NCBI GenBank assembly: GCA_951813565.1 | Contig: OX638351.1 | Coordinates: forward strand, 4,512,001-4,576,000 | Source of the DNA: an uncultured Poribacteria bacterium | GTDB lineage: Bacteria > Poribacteria > WGA-4E > WGA-3G | DNA: 64,000 nucleotides | Reading direction: 5' to 3' | In this document: piece by piece, positions 19,551 through 30,046 of the stretch | Numbering within the stretch: the first letter of the stretch is position 1 | How the letters are laid out: each line of letters starts with the position of its first letter | Notes under the pieces: model-generated | What the model was told of the DNA's origin: nothing | The model's database searches: none | The model's input: the letters and a program-made list of their open reading frames with translations, nothing else | Position numbers and translations under genes: made by a program

Positions 19551-20405
19551 ATGGAAAAACAGAGAAACAACACTCTTAACACGGCTTTGCCAGCAGAAAC
19601 ATGCGAATTGCCAACTTACAACGCTGATGGAATAGCTATACCAGAATTGACTCCTGAACAGATATATGCATTTGATACGCACGGTTGGTTTTTAATACCA
19701 GAAGTGTTCACAGGCAGTGAGCTAAAAGAAATGCGTGATTTCGGCTACAGACTGCACCATGAACCTGAGTCTATTCCAGAACATGAACGGAGTACGCTCG
19801 GAGGTCCTCTACAAAAATTAATTGACCATCCGCTTGTTGTATCGCTTCTCAATGAATTCACTGCACATCCGTCCGTGACGAGTCCTGAATGCTACGGTTT
19901 TTGTGTAGAAAGCACAAATCTTTTCTATCGAACCCCTGGCATGGGCGGATTTGGCCCACATAACGGCAACGGTTTGCTCCGTTTCCCTGGTGATGTTCAT
20001 TACTACAACGCTTTTCCTGGCAAAGGATATAGTCCACATACACGTGTAGTATGGGAATTGAACGAGGTGAAAAAAGGACAAGGTGGAACGTTGTTGGTCA
20101 CAGGAAGTCATAAATCTGTTTACACAGCACCCCCTGAAATTCAAAATCCAGAATCAGATATTTGGAGCACTTACGGATGCCCACCAGGCTCACTTCTCTT
20201 TTTCACTGAAGCACTGACGCACAGCGCGAATCCGTGGACAAATACGGATAATGATAGGATAGCAATTTTTAACCTTTATAGTCCAGTTGATAGCGGTTAT
20301 GCGCGAGTTTACAAACCGCATCCGAAATTGCTTGAAGAAATGCCATCGCTGCGTCGAACTCTGTTCCGCAATCGATACGTGGTAGACAATCTGAATGGTA
20401 CATAA
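19551..20405 (+). CDS. PhyH family Fe(II)/2OG oxygenase (HxG motif)
   Basis: FDTHGWF, PHNG, GGTLLVTGSHK and FTEALTHS...DR. Confidence 0.88.
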   Translation: MEKQRNNTLNTALPAETCELPTYNADGIAIPELTPEQIYAFDTHGWFLIPEVFTGSELKEMRDFGYRLHHEPESIPEHERSTLGGPLQKLIDHPLVVSLLNEFTAHPSVTSPECYGFCVESTNLFYRTPGMGGFGPHNGNGLLRFPGDVHYYNAFPGKGYSPHTRVVWELNEVKKGQGGTLLVTGSHKSVYTAPPEIQNPESDIWSTYGCPPGSLLFFTEALTHSANPWTNTDNDRIAIFNLYSPVDSGYARVYKPHPKLLEEMPSLRRTLFRNRYVVDNLNGT

Positions 20406-20430
20406 AAATTTCAAATCGAGAGGCGTAGGT

Positions 20431-21232
20431 TGGGTAGAGCAAACGCAAAACCCATAGATGTCAACTTAAGAAAAAATGCTGGATTTTCTCTTGTGGGAGG
20501 GAAACCTTGTCCGCTCGATTTTCTTCTTGTAGGAGCGATCTCCAGCTCGCGACCGTTCGTAATATGTCGCGACCAGGAGGTCGCTCCTACAGGAAGAGAA
20601 AACAGCGCACTTACAACGCGCACCTATCGTCATCTCATAAGTTGGATATTTAGCACGCGTAAATTTCTTTAAGTTGACACCTATGGGTAGAGCAAACGCA
20701 AAACCCATAGGTGTAAACTTAGCGTATTTTTCTCTTGTGGGAGGGAAACCTTGTCCGCTCGATTTTCTTCTTGTAGGAGCGAGCTCCAGCTCGCGACCGT
20801 TCGTAATATGTCGCGACCAGGAGGTCGCTCCTACAGGAAGAGAAAACAGCGCACTTACAACGCGCACCTATCGTCATCTCATAAGTTGGGTATTTAGCAC
20901 GCGTAAATTTCTTTAAGTTGACACCTATGGGTAGAGCAAACGCAAAACCCATAGGTGTAAACTTAGCGTATTTTTCTCTTGTGGGAGGGAAACCTTGTCC
21001 GCTCGATTTTCTTCTTGTAGGAGCGAGCTCCAGCTCGCGACCGTTCGTAATATGTCGCGACCAGGAGGTCGCTCCTACAGGAAGAGAAAACAGCGCACTT
21101 ACAACGCGCACCTATCGTCATCTCATAAGTTGGGTATTTAGCACGCGTAAATTTCTTTAAGTTGACACCTATGGGTAGAGCAAACGCAAAACCCATAGGT
21201 GTAAACTTAGCGTATTTTTTTCTTGTGGGAGG
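20431..21232. repeat. Tandem array of about 3.2 units (253, 244, 244 bp) of a REP-containing MITE
   Basis: The junction tgggtagagcaaacgcaaaaccca recurs at 20431, 20684, 20928 and 21172. The units are almost identical. Confidence 0.93.
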
Positions 21233-21375
21233 GCTTTCTAAGCCCGATTAGTTAATTTATCGGCGTTGAAAACGCCTCCCACAAGAGATGGACTATAACC
21301 AGTAGGCTGAGAAGAGCGCAGCGAAACCCAACAAAGTAGAATAGTTTTTATTCATAACATTGAAAGGAGACAGTT

Positions 21376-22752
21376 TTGGCAACAACACAACCTAATGTTT
21401 TGTGGATATACGGTGAAGACCTTTCACCAGATTTGGCATGTTACGGCACTCCTGCTGTACAAACACCGAATATTGATCGTCTTGCCGGAGAAGGCACACT
21501 TTTTTCCAACGCTTTTGTGACTTGTCCAGTCTGTTCACCAAGTCGATCAGCCCTAATTACGGGTACGTATCAAACCCATTTTGATGCACACAATCATCGA
21601 AGTAATCGCGAAAAACCTTTACGAGATGATATGAAACTCATCACTGATTGTTTCCGTGAGGCAGGATATTTCACTTGTAACAGTCCTGGACCGCCTTATA
21701 ATCGTCGTGGTAAAACAGATTTCAACTTTCAACGTGAGCAGCCTTTTGATGGAATTGATTGGTCTGAACGTGCAGAGGGACAACCTTTTTACGCCCAAAT
21801 CAATATCCCTGACACACATCGCGTATTTAAACCGGATCCGGAACGTCCAATCAATCCTGATGATGTTGAATTACCACCTTACTATCCCGATCATCCGCTT
21901 ACTCGCAAGGATTGGGCACTCTATCTTGAAAGCATTCAGATTTTGGATAGGAAAGTGGGTGAAATCCTCAAACGTCTGGACGATGAAGGTCTTTCTGAAA
22001 ACACAATTGTCTTTTTCATGAGCGATCATGGACGCGCCCATATCCGCTGCAAACAATTCCTCTACGATGGCGGCATTCACATCCCTTTGATTGTTAGGTG
22101 GCCAGGAAATGTTGCAGCAGGTGCAGTTAGTGATGAACTGGTTAGCGGTGTTGATTTTGCACCGACAACGCTTTCTCTCGCCGGAATTGATATTCCGAAC
22201 TATATGCAGGGGCAAATCTTCCTCGGATCGGATGCTACATCTCGTGATGTAATCTTTGCTGCACGAGACCGATGTGACGGAACAGACGACCGTATTCGCT
22301 GCATCCGTACACATCAATACAAACTCATCCGAAACTATCATCCCGATCTGCCTTATATGCAATTCAATGGCTATAAGAAATTGCAGTATCCTTTGTGGAC
22401 ATTGATTCGTGTCTTATCCGAAAAAGGCGAATTGTCTCAAGCGCAACAGCATTTCCTGCAACAGACGCGTCCTTCTGAAGAATTATACGATTTACGGGCA
22501 GACCCACATGAAGTTAACAACCTCGCCGATGATAAACGGTATGGTGTAGTGCGAAACGATCTGAGCGAAAAATTGGACGCATGGATAGATGCAACAGGAG
22601 ACATGGGTGAGACACCTGAATCCAATGAAGTTACTGCTTATTGGGATGAAAACATGGCGGAAAGTTTTAGAAATAGTATGGAAAAAAGAGACCTCTCACC
22701 GGATATAAGTGATGCCGATTACCTTGAATGGTGGGAGAACAAACTTCTATAA
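21376..22752 (+). CDS. Sulfatase (formylglycine-dependent)
   Basis: PNVLWIYGEDL, CSPSRSALITG (CxPxR), SDHG and ELYDLRADPHE. TTG start after AAGGAG. Confidence 0.95.
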   Translation: MATTQPNVLWIYGEDLSPDLACYGTPAVQTPNIDRLAGEGTLFSNAFVTCPVCSPSRSALITGTYQTHFDAHNHRSNREKPLRDDMKLITDCFREAGYFTCNSPGPPYNRRGKTDFNFQREQPFDGIDWSERAEGQPFYAQINIPDTHRVFKPDPERPINPDDVELPPYYPDHPLTRKDWALYLESIQILDRKVGEILKRLDDEGLSENTIVFFMSDHGRAHIRCKQFLYDGGIHIPLIVRWPGNVAAGAVSDELVSGVDFAPTTLSLAGIDIPNYMQGQIFLGSDATSRDVIFAARDRCDGTDDRIRCIRTHQYKLIRNYHPDLPYMQFNGYKKLQYPLWTLIRVLSEKGELSQAQQHFLQQTRPSEELYDLRADPHEVNNLADDKRYGVVRNDLSEKLDAWIDATGDMGETPESNEVTAYWDENMAESFRNSMEKRDLSPDISDADYLEWWENKLL

Positions 22753-23084
22753 CGTGAGTATTATAACACTTTATAACGTGAATTTGATTCAATAATTTAA
22801 AGAAATCCAACACGATATCATGGCTATCTAAATTTGATGTGAATATGTTGCAGCACGCCAGCGGAGTGCTATGTTTATAGAATACCAGATTGTCAAGTTC
22901 TCGCACGCCAGCGGAGTGCTATGTCCACTGAATCACATACCGCTCCCGCCAAATGCCATGCGCCCCATTTGGCGTTGATTCACGGAACAAAGGAATTTTT
23001 CTGGTATTCGTGTTCGATTTCCATGCCAAGATGAACGTAAACGACACACAACATTCAATATTGAATTCTTTTTCAAACTCACGT
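22752..23084. mobile_element. 333-bp IS982-type MITE
   Basis: ACGTGAGT...AAACTCACGT ends match the IS982 end at 63001. 7-bp TSD TTCTATA at 22745-22751 and 23085-23091. Confidence 0.8.
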
Positions 23085-23245
23085 TTCTATAAATCTGAGT
23101 GCAAGGTTTAAAAAAATCCGTGATTACTTGGACAATATTAACGGCGCGCTTACATGAAGATTAATTTTTTAATTCGGTAATTTTCTGTTCGCACAAGGCA
23201 GGTGTACCCACCTGCTGGCGAGGTTTCCTAACCTCGCTAAATTTT

Positions 23246-25222
23246 CTACCGGTAAAACGAATACACAGACACACCCCAGATAAGCCGAACCAGCACCCAT
23301 GCCCCACCAACAATAAATTCACCTAAAATTAGTCCCAAAAACAGCGGTAACACCCGATGATAGAGATGGATGCCGCCAAACCGTAAGATAAGGTTTTTGG
23401 CCGCCCAACTAATAAAAACAGAAAACCAGAGCCAACCAAAGGTCCACATACTACTTGCTACAGCATAACCAGTCGGATGAAACGGAAACATAGGAAAACG
23501 GGTGCGGAGCCACCACAACAACCCTGTAAACAGAAATCCAACACCCATAAATGCTACGGCAGGAACATTCGTTTCGCTCGGATAATAAAGCCAGGTCCGT
23601 AGCCTGTTATATCCGCCGTTCCCCAAACCCGGATTCGCCCCTATGTCGTAGGATACAACCAGATATGACCAGAACGAGGCAAGAATACCGAAAAAAACAG
23701 CACACATCATTGCAATCACCATTCTCCCAGTTTTCATGTTTGCTACCTCAACAAGTTTAAATCCTTCCAATGTATGAGGCATCGGATGCGCACGGTACCC
23801 GCGATTAAAGGCATAATACAGCGACATCATCGTTAAGCTTTGTGGCGGAATCTTGCGTGAACCGAATGCATCTAAGATAAACTGTCGTGGGTTTGCTACA
23901 AACATCTCGTGTGTCGGAGGTCCAACTTCAGCTCGGACACGGGTGATTCCCAACGCAAGAAGATAATAGATTAGAAAGTACAACGCAATCATCCAAACAG
24001 CCATCCCGCCATAACCTGAAAAAATAAAAAGAAACAGAACACCCGCTATTAACCCTGCTATTGGCCATCGATAATTTGTCGAATCTCGTAGTTCAGAGAA
24101 AAGGTTCTGTGCTGATCGGTTAGAACGTGTACCTATTTTGAATGTCCCGATTAAGTTGTGGAACATGGCATAGAAGTGTTTACGTCCACCATAAAGCGCA
24201 AAGCAGGCTATAGCAAGATATGCACCAACGCCCTGTGGTCCGTCATAAGGAAAACCGGGCAATACTTGTAGACCCATCGCCCGACCCAAGATACGTTCTC
24301 CCTTCCAAAATAGGTAGAAAAACCAAAGTGAAAACGACATCTCTAACGGCATTAAAAAAGCGAGTCCCACACCGAATGATAAAATGTAGACAGGTGTCCA
24401 CCCCATAGCATCCCAAGGTTTTTCTGTGAAGTAGGTACCAAGATTTGCCTGACGCACCGGAATCTCTGGAAATGCGGGAAAGAAAGCATGGATACCATTA
24501 ATCAGATCAATTCCGCCTGCAATCGCAAAGCCAACCCACAGCATCTTGTTCTTAAAAAGCCTTCCATCCGAATGTGTCATTTCTATTGGCAAACGAACAA
24601 TCGGATATGTTAACCGTTCCCGTTCAATCCACTGCTTCCGCAAAAGCAGATCAATGCAAATCATTACCCAAATTATTACTGATAGAAACACAGTCCACCA
24701 TAAAATCGGTTCCCACCAAGCGGATAGATACCTTTTGCTATAAAAGGTTGTATCGCCATCGTAGAAATCTTGTAAAACAGATAGGTCACTCAACGTCATC
24801 CAACTGGGCAAATATCGCCAGAAGAGTTGTTGCCATTCATTTTCAGGCGTTGCAAACCAAAAGCCGTTCGGAATAACAGGGACGACGGTTTGCATCATGT
24901 CGTGCCCCGCAATTGCTGATGAAAGTGAGAGGATAACGTAGATTGTGAGTAGTTCTCCCTGACGAAGCGAGAAACGCGGCGCAAACAGTTTGATTAAAAA
25001 ATTGAGACATGTCAACACAACCAATGTTACCACGACGTTGTAAATTAGGGACATCGTCGTAGGCAGCGTGCTCCAAAAACGAAGATGATTCGCCATGATG
25101 AAATAGGTATTAGGAGGGATTAATATAATGCCTATCAGAATCGCACGGTAGGTCACACCTGGGTGTTTAGACTGTGCCATTTCTTGAAGGTCTGGCGAAT
25201 GTATTGTTGGTGTATTCGTCAT
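23246..25222 (-). CDS. DUF6785/OPT-like polytopic membrane transporter
   Basis: GELLTIY, LRKQWIERERLTYPI, FPFHPTGY and many TM segments. Confidence 0.75.
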   Translation of the reverse strand: MTNTPTIHSPDLQEMAQSKHPGVTYRAILIGIILIPPNTYFIMANHLRFWSTLPTTMSLIYNVVVTLVVLTCLNFLIKLFAPRFSLRQGELLTIYVILSLSSAIAGHDMMQTVVPVIPNGFWFATPENEWQQLFWRYLPSWMTLSDLSVLQDFYDGDTTFYSKRYLSAWWEPILWWTVFLSVIIWVMICIDLLLRKQWIERERLTYPIVRLPIEMTHSDGRLFKNKMLWVGFAIAGGIDLINGIHAFFPAFPEIPVRQANLGTYFTEKPWDAMGWTPVYILSFGVGLAFLMPLEMSFSLWFFYLFWKGERILGRAMGLQVLPGFPYDGPQGVGAYLAIACFALYGGRKHFYAMFHNLIGTFKIGTRSNRSAQNLFSELRDSTNYRWPIAGLIAGVLFLFIFSGYGGMAVWMIALYFLIYYLLALGITRVRAEVGPPTHEMFVANPRQFILDAFGSRKIPPQSLTMMSLYYAFNRGYRAHPMPHTLEGFKLVEVANMKTGRMVIAMMCAVFFGILASFWSYLVVSYDIGANPGLGNGGYNRLRTWLYYPSETNVPAVAFMGVGFLFTGLLWWLRTRFPMFPFHPTGYAVASSMWTFGWLWFSVFISWAAKNLILRFGGIHLYHRVLPLFLGLILGEFIVGGAWVLVRLIWGVSVYSFYR

Positions 25223-25419
25223 AAGAATAGGTTGGCAAATGAAAGGAAAGTTTTAAAGTGTCCTACGTCTATCGAGTCGATTTAAGCAAATTTCTGATAG
25301 TAAATGTTGAATTTACTTTTAAATATTCATGCTGCAGCCTGAACTAAAACGTTGTAATAGATACAATTTCATGTAAGGACGTTTGCCCATTCTGAGTTAT
25401 CAAGTGCTTTTCTATGTCT

Positions 25420-26187
25420 TTAGGACATACGCCTGCACAAAACTGGAAAAATAACAAGACACAGTACACAAAAAAGACTAACGTTCTGTATCCACAAATA
25501 CGTTGCGTCTGATTGAAGGATTGACAATAGTGCACACAGTGGACTCAGCATGTCAAACATCGGTATGTCGGTAAAGGGGCTAATCGGAATCAGCGGCAGG
25601 AAAGTGATGGCAAGAACAAATCCGTAACTGATGCCTTTGGCACGCGTAGGGGAGTTCCACAGCGCAACCCCAATGCCAACCAAGGCAAAAAAGATACAGC
25701 TAACCAATATCACCATACCACATTTGACTAACTGCGATATTACTAATCCACCTACATAACTTGAAAGTGCGAATAATGGAATTGTAAACCACACACCCCA
25801 GAATGCCCAAATCACTACTGCAGCTAACTTCCCACCTAACATTTTCCAATTTGGCAAAGGCGTTAACGCTAATATCGCACCGTTTCCACTATGCTCCCGT
25901 TGATTATCTCTCAAAAAAGTCAGAGACCGTTCCATATAAACTGCTTCAACACCATGTCTCGGCGTAAGAAACTGTAAAATAAAAATGCAGATAATAAAAA
26001 GTGTATACGTCTGTTTGCCGACATCAATTGCATTCCCTACTTGTTGCTTATCTATTCCTTGGGCATAGAATTCTATTGCAGCACCAAAAAACAGAAGGGT
26101 AAGAGCAGCCAAAATAATAAACTGAATTATCCGATATTTGCGCGAATTTGTATATAAACGAAGGTCTTTAAGAATTATAGCTAACAT
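25420..26187 (-). CDS. ABC-2-type permease-like membrane protein
   Basis: MLAIILKDLR...ER...LALTPL...GGKL pattern with about 6 TM segments. Confidence 0.6.
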   Translation of the reverse strand: MLAIILKDLRLYTNSRKYRIIQFIILAALTLLFFGAAIEFYAQGIDKQQVGNAIDVGKQTYTLFIICIFILQFLTPRHGVEAVYMERSLTFLRDNQREHSGNGAILALTPLPNWKMLGGKLAAVVIWAFWGVWFTIPLFALSSYVGGLVISQLVKCGMVILVSCIFFALVGIGVALWNSPTRAKGISYGFVLAITFLPLIPISPFTDIPMFDMLSPLCALLSILQSDATYLWIQNVSLFCVLCLVIFPVLCRRMS

Positions 26188-26347
26188 AATTTAGTGTGTT
26201 TGAGAATTGAGTTTTCAACTCCTAAACTGAAAACTAATTGGCTCAAACTATGAGTAATTCCATTGACGGATTTTCACAAAAATGGTATTTTTTGTACATA
26301 CGTAACCCTATATTCCAAGAGTATCACTGTAAATTTAGGAGCAAACT

Positions 26348-27538
26348 ATGTCCAAACTCAATATCGCTTTAGTTGGTGCTGGTCGCCGTGGTGGGGGTTC
26401 GCATCTACCTGTTATTGCTAAACTCAAAGATGTCTACAATCTTGTCGCGATTTGCGATATAGACGAAGAAACCGCAACAAACTTCGCAAAACAATACGGT
26501 GCAAACCCGTACACCAACGTCCGTGATCTTGTTGAGCAGGAAGAACTTGACGTTGTAGATATTACCGTGCCAGGCGTAGCACACCATGCGATCGCATGTT
26601 TTATGGCAGATGCTGGAGTTCATATCCTTTGTGAAACCCCTATCGCCGTAACGCTCCCAACATCGGATATGATGATTGAAAGTGCCAAGGCGAACAACGT
26701 TAAACTTGAAGTTGCAGAAAATTATTATCGCGCACCACGGGAACGGTTTTTATCTAAGGTTATTGAAGCCGATGTTATTGGTGATGTCGCTCGGATTTAC
26801 CGAATTTTTTACGAAGGTGGATATCACGGCATGAGCATGCTCCGTCTCCGCGCAGGTGGTGAACCGAAATCCGCGCTCGGTATTACGCAATCAAGCCCAG
26901 TAATTCCTATCATTGACCGCATGAAACGAAATCATACCAGTGAAAAGTGGAGCCTTGGTTTTATTGAATTTGACAATAGCGCAACTGCACTCATGGTATA
27001 TTCTAACGTCATCCATGCGCGTTCTCTTGGACGCGGACAGACAGGTATTTCACAAATTGATGGCAGCAAAGGCACAATCGTTGGTGAAGATATTTATGTA
27101 ACGCCTGCTGCAGACCTCGAATCCGGTGCTAAAGGCATCGCGCACCGTGCCAACCGCACAACAATTGACGTTGATGGGGTTGATGTAATTGAAAAGATTG
27201 AACTTGAACTCCCAGAACAAACAGTCACGTGGGAGAACCCACTCAAGAACTATCCACTTTCAGAAGGACAAATTGCAGTAGCAGATGAACTCCTCAGTAT
27301 TGCCACAGCAGTACTTAATGATACAGACCCTGAATACGGTGCCGCCCTTGCAAGGCAAGATCAAGAAATGAACATTGCGATGAATGAATCGGGCAAACGG
27401 AGCCGCGAAACCCTCCTATTTCCTATCACAGAACTCACTGAAACTGAACGCAGCACGCACGAAAACTATCAAAAGCAATATGGACACCCCATTGAAGATG
27501 TTGAAGCAGGAATTGATACCTTCTTTCCGCGCCGTTGA
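26348..27538 (+). CDS. Gfo/Idh/MocA oxidoreductase
   Basis: IALVGAGRRG, ICDID, HILCETP and AENY. Confidence 0.9.
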   Translation: MSKLNIALVGAGRRGGGSHLPVIAKLKDVYNLVAICDIDEETATNFAKQYGANPYTNVRDLVEQEELDVVDITVPGVAHHAIACFMADAGVHILCETPIAVTLPTSDMMIESAKANNVKLEVAENYYRAPRERFLSKVIEADVIGDVARIYRIFYEGGYHGMSMLRLRAGGEPKSALGITQSSPVIPIIDRMKRNHTSEKWSLGFIEFDNSATALMVYSNVIHARSLGRGQTGISQIDGSKGTIVGEDIYVTPAADLESGAKGIAHRANRTTIDVDGVDVIEKIELELPEQTVTWENPLKNYPLSEGQIAVADELLSIATAVLNDTDPEYGAALARQDQEMNIAMNESGKRSRETLLFPITELTETERSTHENYQKQYGHPIEDVEAGIDTFFPRR

Positions 27539-27587
27539 TATGATAACAGGTTAAGTAGGATGGGTCAACTGAATTTAGTCATTTCTC

Positions 27588-27731
27588 CAGAGCCATTCAA
27601 TTATCGCGAAACACTCTTGTGGGAGGGCTTTGTAAGCCCGATTTACTTGCCGATCTCTGCGCCTCCCGTTGTTTCGTAACTTAAAACATAGCGCAGATTC
27701 ACATTTAAAAAATCGAAACTGAATGGCTCTG
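27588..27731. mobile_element. MITE with CAGAGCCATTCA ends containing a REP hairpin
   Basis: 12-bp perfect IR and internal gtgggagggctttgtaagcccga. The same end recurs at 39750. Confidence 0.6.
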
Positions 27732-27869
27732 TATTTTCTTTAGAGATGATGTGTTTTTAACACCTTTCAATCCCGAAAATCCCCAAAATTTGTTGTCAAT
27801 ACGTATCGTTTATGATATACTATATTTATTAGGAGTGTGCAACATCTCATCAAAGGAGGATCCAAAAAC

Positions 27870-28082
27870 ATGGGAATAGGCGGAATGGAGATCTTTTTTA
27901 TTCTTGTGGCTGCCTTAGTAATTTTCGGTCCCCAAAAGTTACCGGAAATGGGAAGGTCTTTAGGAAAAGCTATCCGGGAATTTAAAAGTGCCGGGAGCGA
28001 AATCCAAGATGAAATTACAAAAGCAACAAACGACATAGATATTGATCCGGAGAAAACCATTAAACCCCCTAAATCATCCTGA
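27870..28082 (+). CDS. tatA: Twin-arginine translocase TatA
   Basis: IFGPQKLPEMGRSLGKAIREFK. GGAGG RBS. Confidence 0.95.
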   Translation: MGIGGMEIFFILVAALVIFGPQKLPEMGRSLGKAIREFKSAGSEIQDEITKATNDIDIDPEKTIKPPKSS

Positions 28083-28102
28083 CTCAGTGAGCAAGAAGCA
28101 CT

Positions 28103-28924
28103 ATGGAATCTAATGATGTTGAAATGAACTTCTGGGAGCATCTTGAGGAACTCCGGCGGCGTATTATTATTTCTCTAATTGCTTTAGCTGTTTTTTCAGT
28201 ACTCGGTTTGTCCTTTACAAAGCCGATTAGATATGTTCTTGAACTCCCTATGAAGAGCCCTATGATGAATATGGTTGCCAAAGCGATTGAAGCGAGGGCA
28301 GGAACAGAAGGCTCAACACTCGGTTTTTTGACACTCGCCCTACGCAGTGGAACATCAAGAGTAGAAGCAGAACTCATCTTGACAGGAGCATTTCAAGGTA
28401 TCATGGCATATCTAACAATAGGAATAACCACTGGTGTCCTACTTTCATTACCGATAATTCTTTATCAGATTTGGATATTTGTGTTTCCCGCATTGAATAG
28501 GTCTGAACAGCGATTGGCAGTGCCACTTTTTTTTACCATCATATTTTTCTTTATTCTCGGCGCAGTTTTTGCGTATTTTATTGTAGTTCCAGTTGTATTG
28601 CAATTTGCAGCAGGGCTTTTTCCTGAGTTTAAAAATCTTTGGGATTTGAAAGCGTATATTACTTTTGTAACGCAGTTAATTTTAGGGTTCGGAGTTGCTT
28701 TTGAATTACCCATCGTAATGGCATTTCTCGCGCGTATCGGAGTTATTGACTCACAAGGTTTTCGTGGGAAGCAACGTTATGCCTTGTTAGGTATCTGTGT
28801 AATTTCAGCTTTGCTAACACCAGCAGACCCAGGTTCAATGCTGTTGATGGCGATTCCGCTTTTCATTTTGTATCAACTCGGTATTTTTTTCGCATTTCTT
28901 GTTGAAAAGGAGGTAGAGGCATAA
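28103..28924 (+). CDS. tatC: Twin-arginine translocase TatC
   Basis: HLEELRRR, YQIWIFVFPAL, FELP and LTPADP. Confidence 0.95.
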   Translation: MESNDVEMNFWEHLEELRRRIIISLIALAVFSVLGLSFTKPIRYVLELPMKSPMMNMVAKAIEARAGTEGSTLGFLTLALRSGTSRVEAELILTGAFQGIMAYLTIGITTGVLLSLPIILYQIWIFVFPALNRSEQRLAVPLFFTIIFFFILGAVFAYFIVVPVVLQFAAGLFPEFKNLWDLKAYITFVTQLILGFGVAFELPIVMAFLARIGVIDSQGFRGKQRYALLGICVISALLTPADPGSMLLMAIPLFILYQLGIFFAFLVEKEVEA

Positions 28925-29667
28925 TGGCGAACGAATCTTTGCGGCAGCAGCTCGCTTTGCTCTATGAGTTGCAGGAGCATGACAGGGAGTTGTTGTCTTT
29001 CCACCAGCGACTCCAAGTTATTCCCCAACACATTGAACAGTTAGAAGCCAACGTAACCAAATATAAAGATAGCTTAACAACAAAATCTGATCAACTCACA
29101 GAAGTAGAAAAATTACAACGCGCCAAGAACGGTGAATTAGAAATGAATGCTGTTCAGCGCGAAAAATATAGAAATGAACAACGCGAAGTTACCTCAAATG
29201 AAGCCTATACCGCACTTGAAAATCAGATTGAATTCCTTGATCAAAAGGATGGAGAAACAGAGGAGGAAATCTTAGAACTGATGGAAAAGGGTGACCAGTT
29301 GAAGGCAGAATTGACAGAACTTGAAGCAGACGTTGTTCGTGAAGACGAAAAAACGACTGAAAAAACATCTGAATTCCGATCTGAACAAAAAAATTTGGAA
29401 GCACAGATAAACCAGAAATTAAAGCAGCGGAACACATATCTTCCGAAAATCGATAAGAAACTTAGCACACAGTACCATCGGTGGATGGAACGGCATAAAA
29501 CCAATTTTGTAGCATTGGGTAAAAATGGAACTTGTGGAAGTTGTCGTCTTACAATTCAGCCACAAAATCTCAAAGAAGCGCAAAAATATGAAAAATTGGT
29601 TTATTGCTCCAGCTGCAAACGGGTACTTTATGTTGAACCTGTTGATTCAGATTTACCTTATCCATAG
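28924..29667 (+). CDS. Coiled-coil plus C4 zinc-ribbon protein (DUF164/CT398-like)
   Basis: Long coiled coil followed by CGSC...CSSCKRVLY. Confidence 0.88.
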   Translation: MANESLRQQLALLYELQEHDRELLSFHQRLQVIPQHIEQLEANVTKYKDSLTTKSDQLTEVEKLQRAKNGELEMNAVQREKYRNEQREVTSNEAYTALENQIEFLDQKDGETEEEILELMEKGDQLKAELTELEADVVREDEKTTEKTSEFRSEQKNLEAQINQKLKQRNTYLPKIDKKLSTQYHRWMERHKTNFVALGKNGTCGSCRLTIQPQNLKEAQKYEKLVYCSSCKRVLYVEPVDSDLPYP

Positions 29668-29719
29668 TGTAGCCCTATAACTCGTTTTGATGTTTGATTA
29701 ATAAGATGGAGTTGTCTCT

Positions 29720-30046
29720 ATGCCATTTATTGATATTAATGTACAACCTGAAAAACAGGTTTTTGATGGGATTACAATTCGGACTATACATGGCGAAAAA
29801 CTTATGATGTCCTATGTCTATCTACAACCACACAGCACGGTTGCAGAGCATAGCCACTTGCATGAACAGATGGGTATGGTTTTAGAAGGCACATTTGAAT
29901 TGACTATTGACGGAGAATCTCGAACACTTAAAAAAGGCGATACTTACCTTATCCCATCCGATGTAATACATAGTGCAAAAGCATTCGATGAAATGGCAAT
30001 AGCACTTGATATTTTTAGCCCACCCCGGGAAGATTATATATCTTGA
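29720..30046 (+). CDS. Cupin domain protein
   Basis: HSHLHEQ...G...H and DIFSPPREDY. Confidence 0.9.
   Translation: MPFIDINVQPEKQVFDGITIRTIHGEKLMMSYVYLQPHSTVAEHSHLHEQMGMVLEGTFELTIDGESRTLKKGDTYLIPSDVIHSAKAFDEMAIALDIFSPPREDYIS

Noticed and set aside
20411..21196. Several repeated 70-133 aa ORFs
   Set aside because: They are translations of the tandem repeat on both strands, with no RBS or protein features.
20431..21232. Possible CRISPR array (regularly spaced palindromic repeat)
   Set aside because: The intervening sequences are about 220 bp and essentially identical rather than unique spacers, and no cas genes are present.
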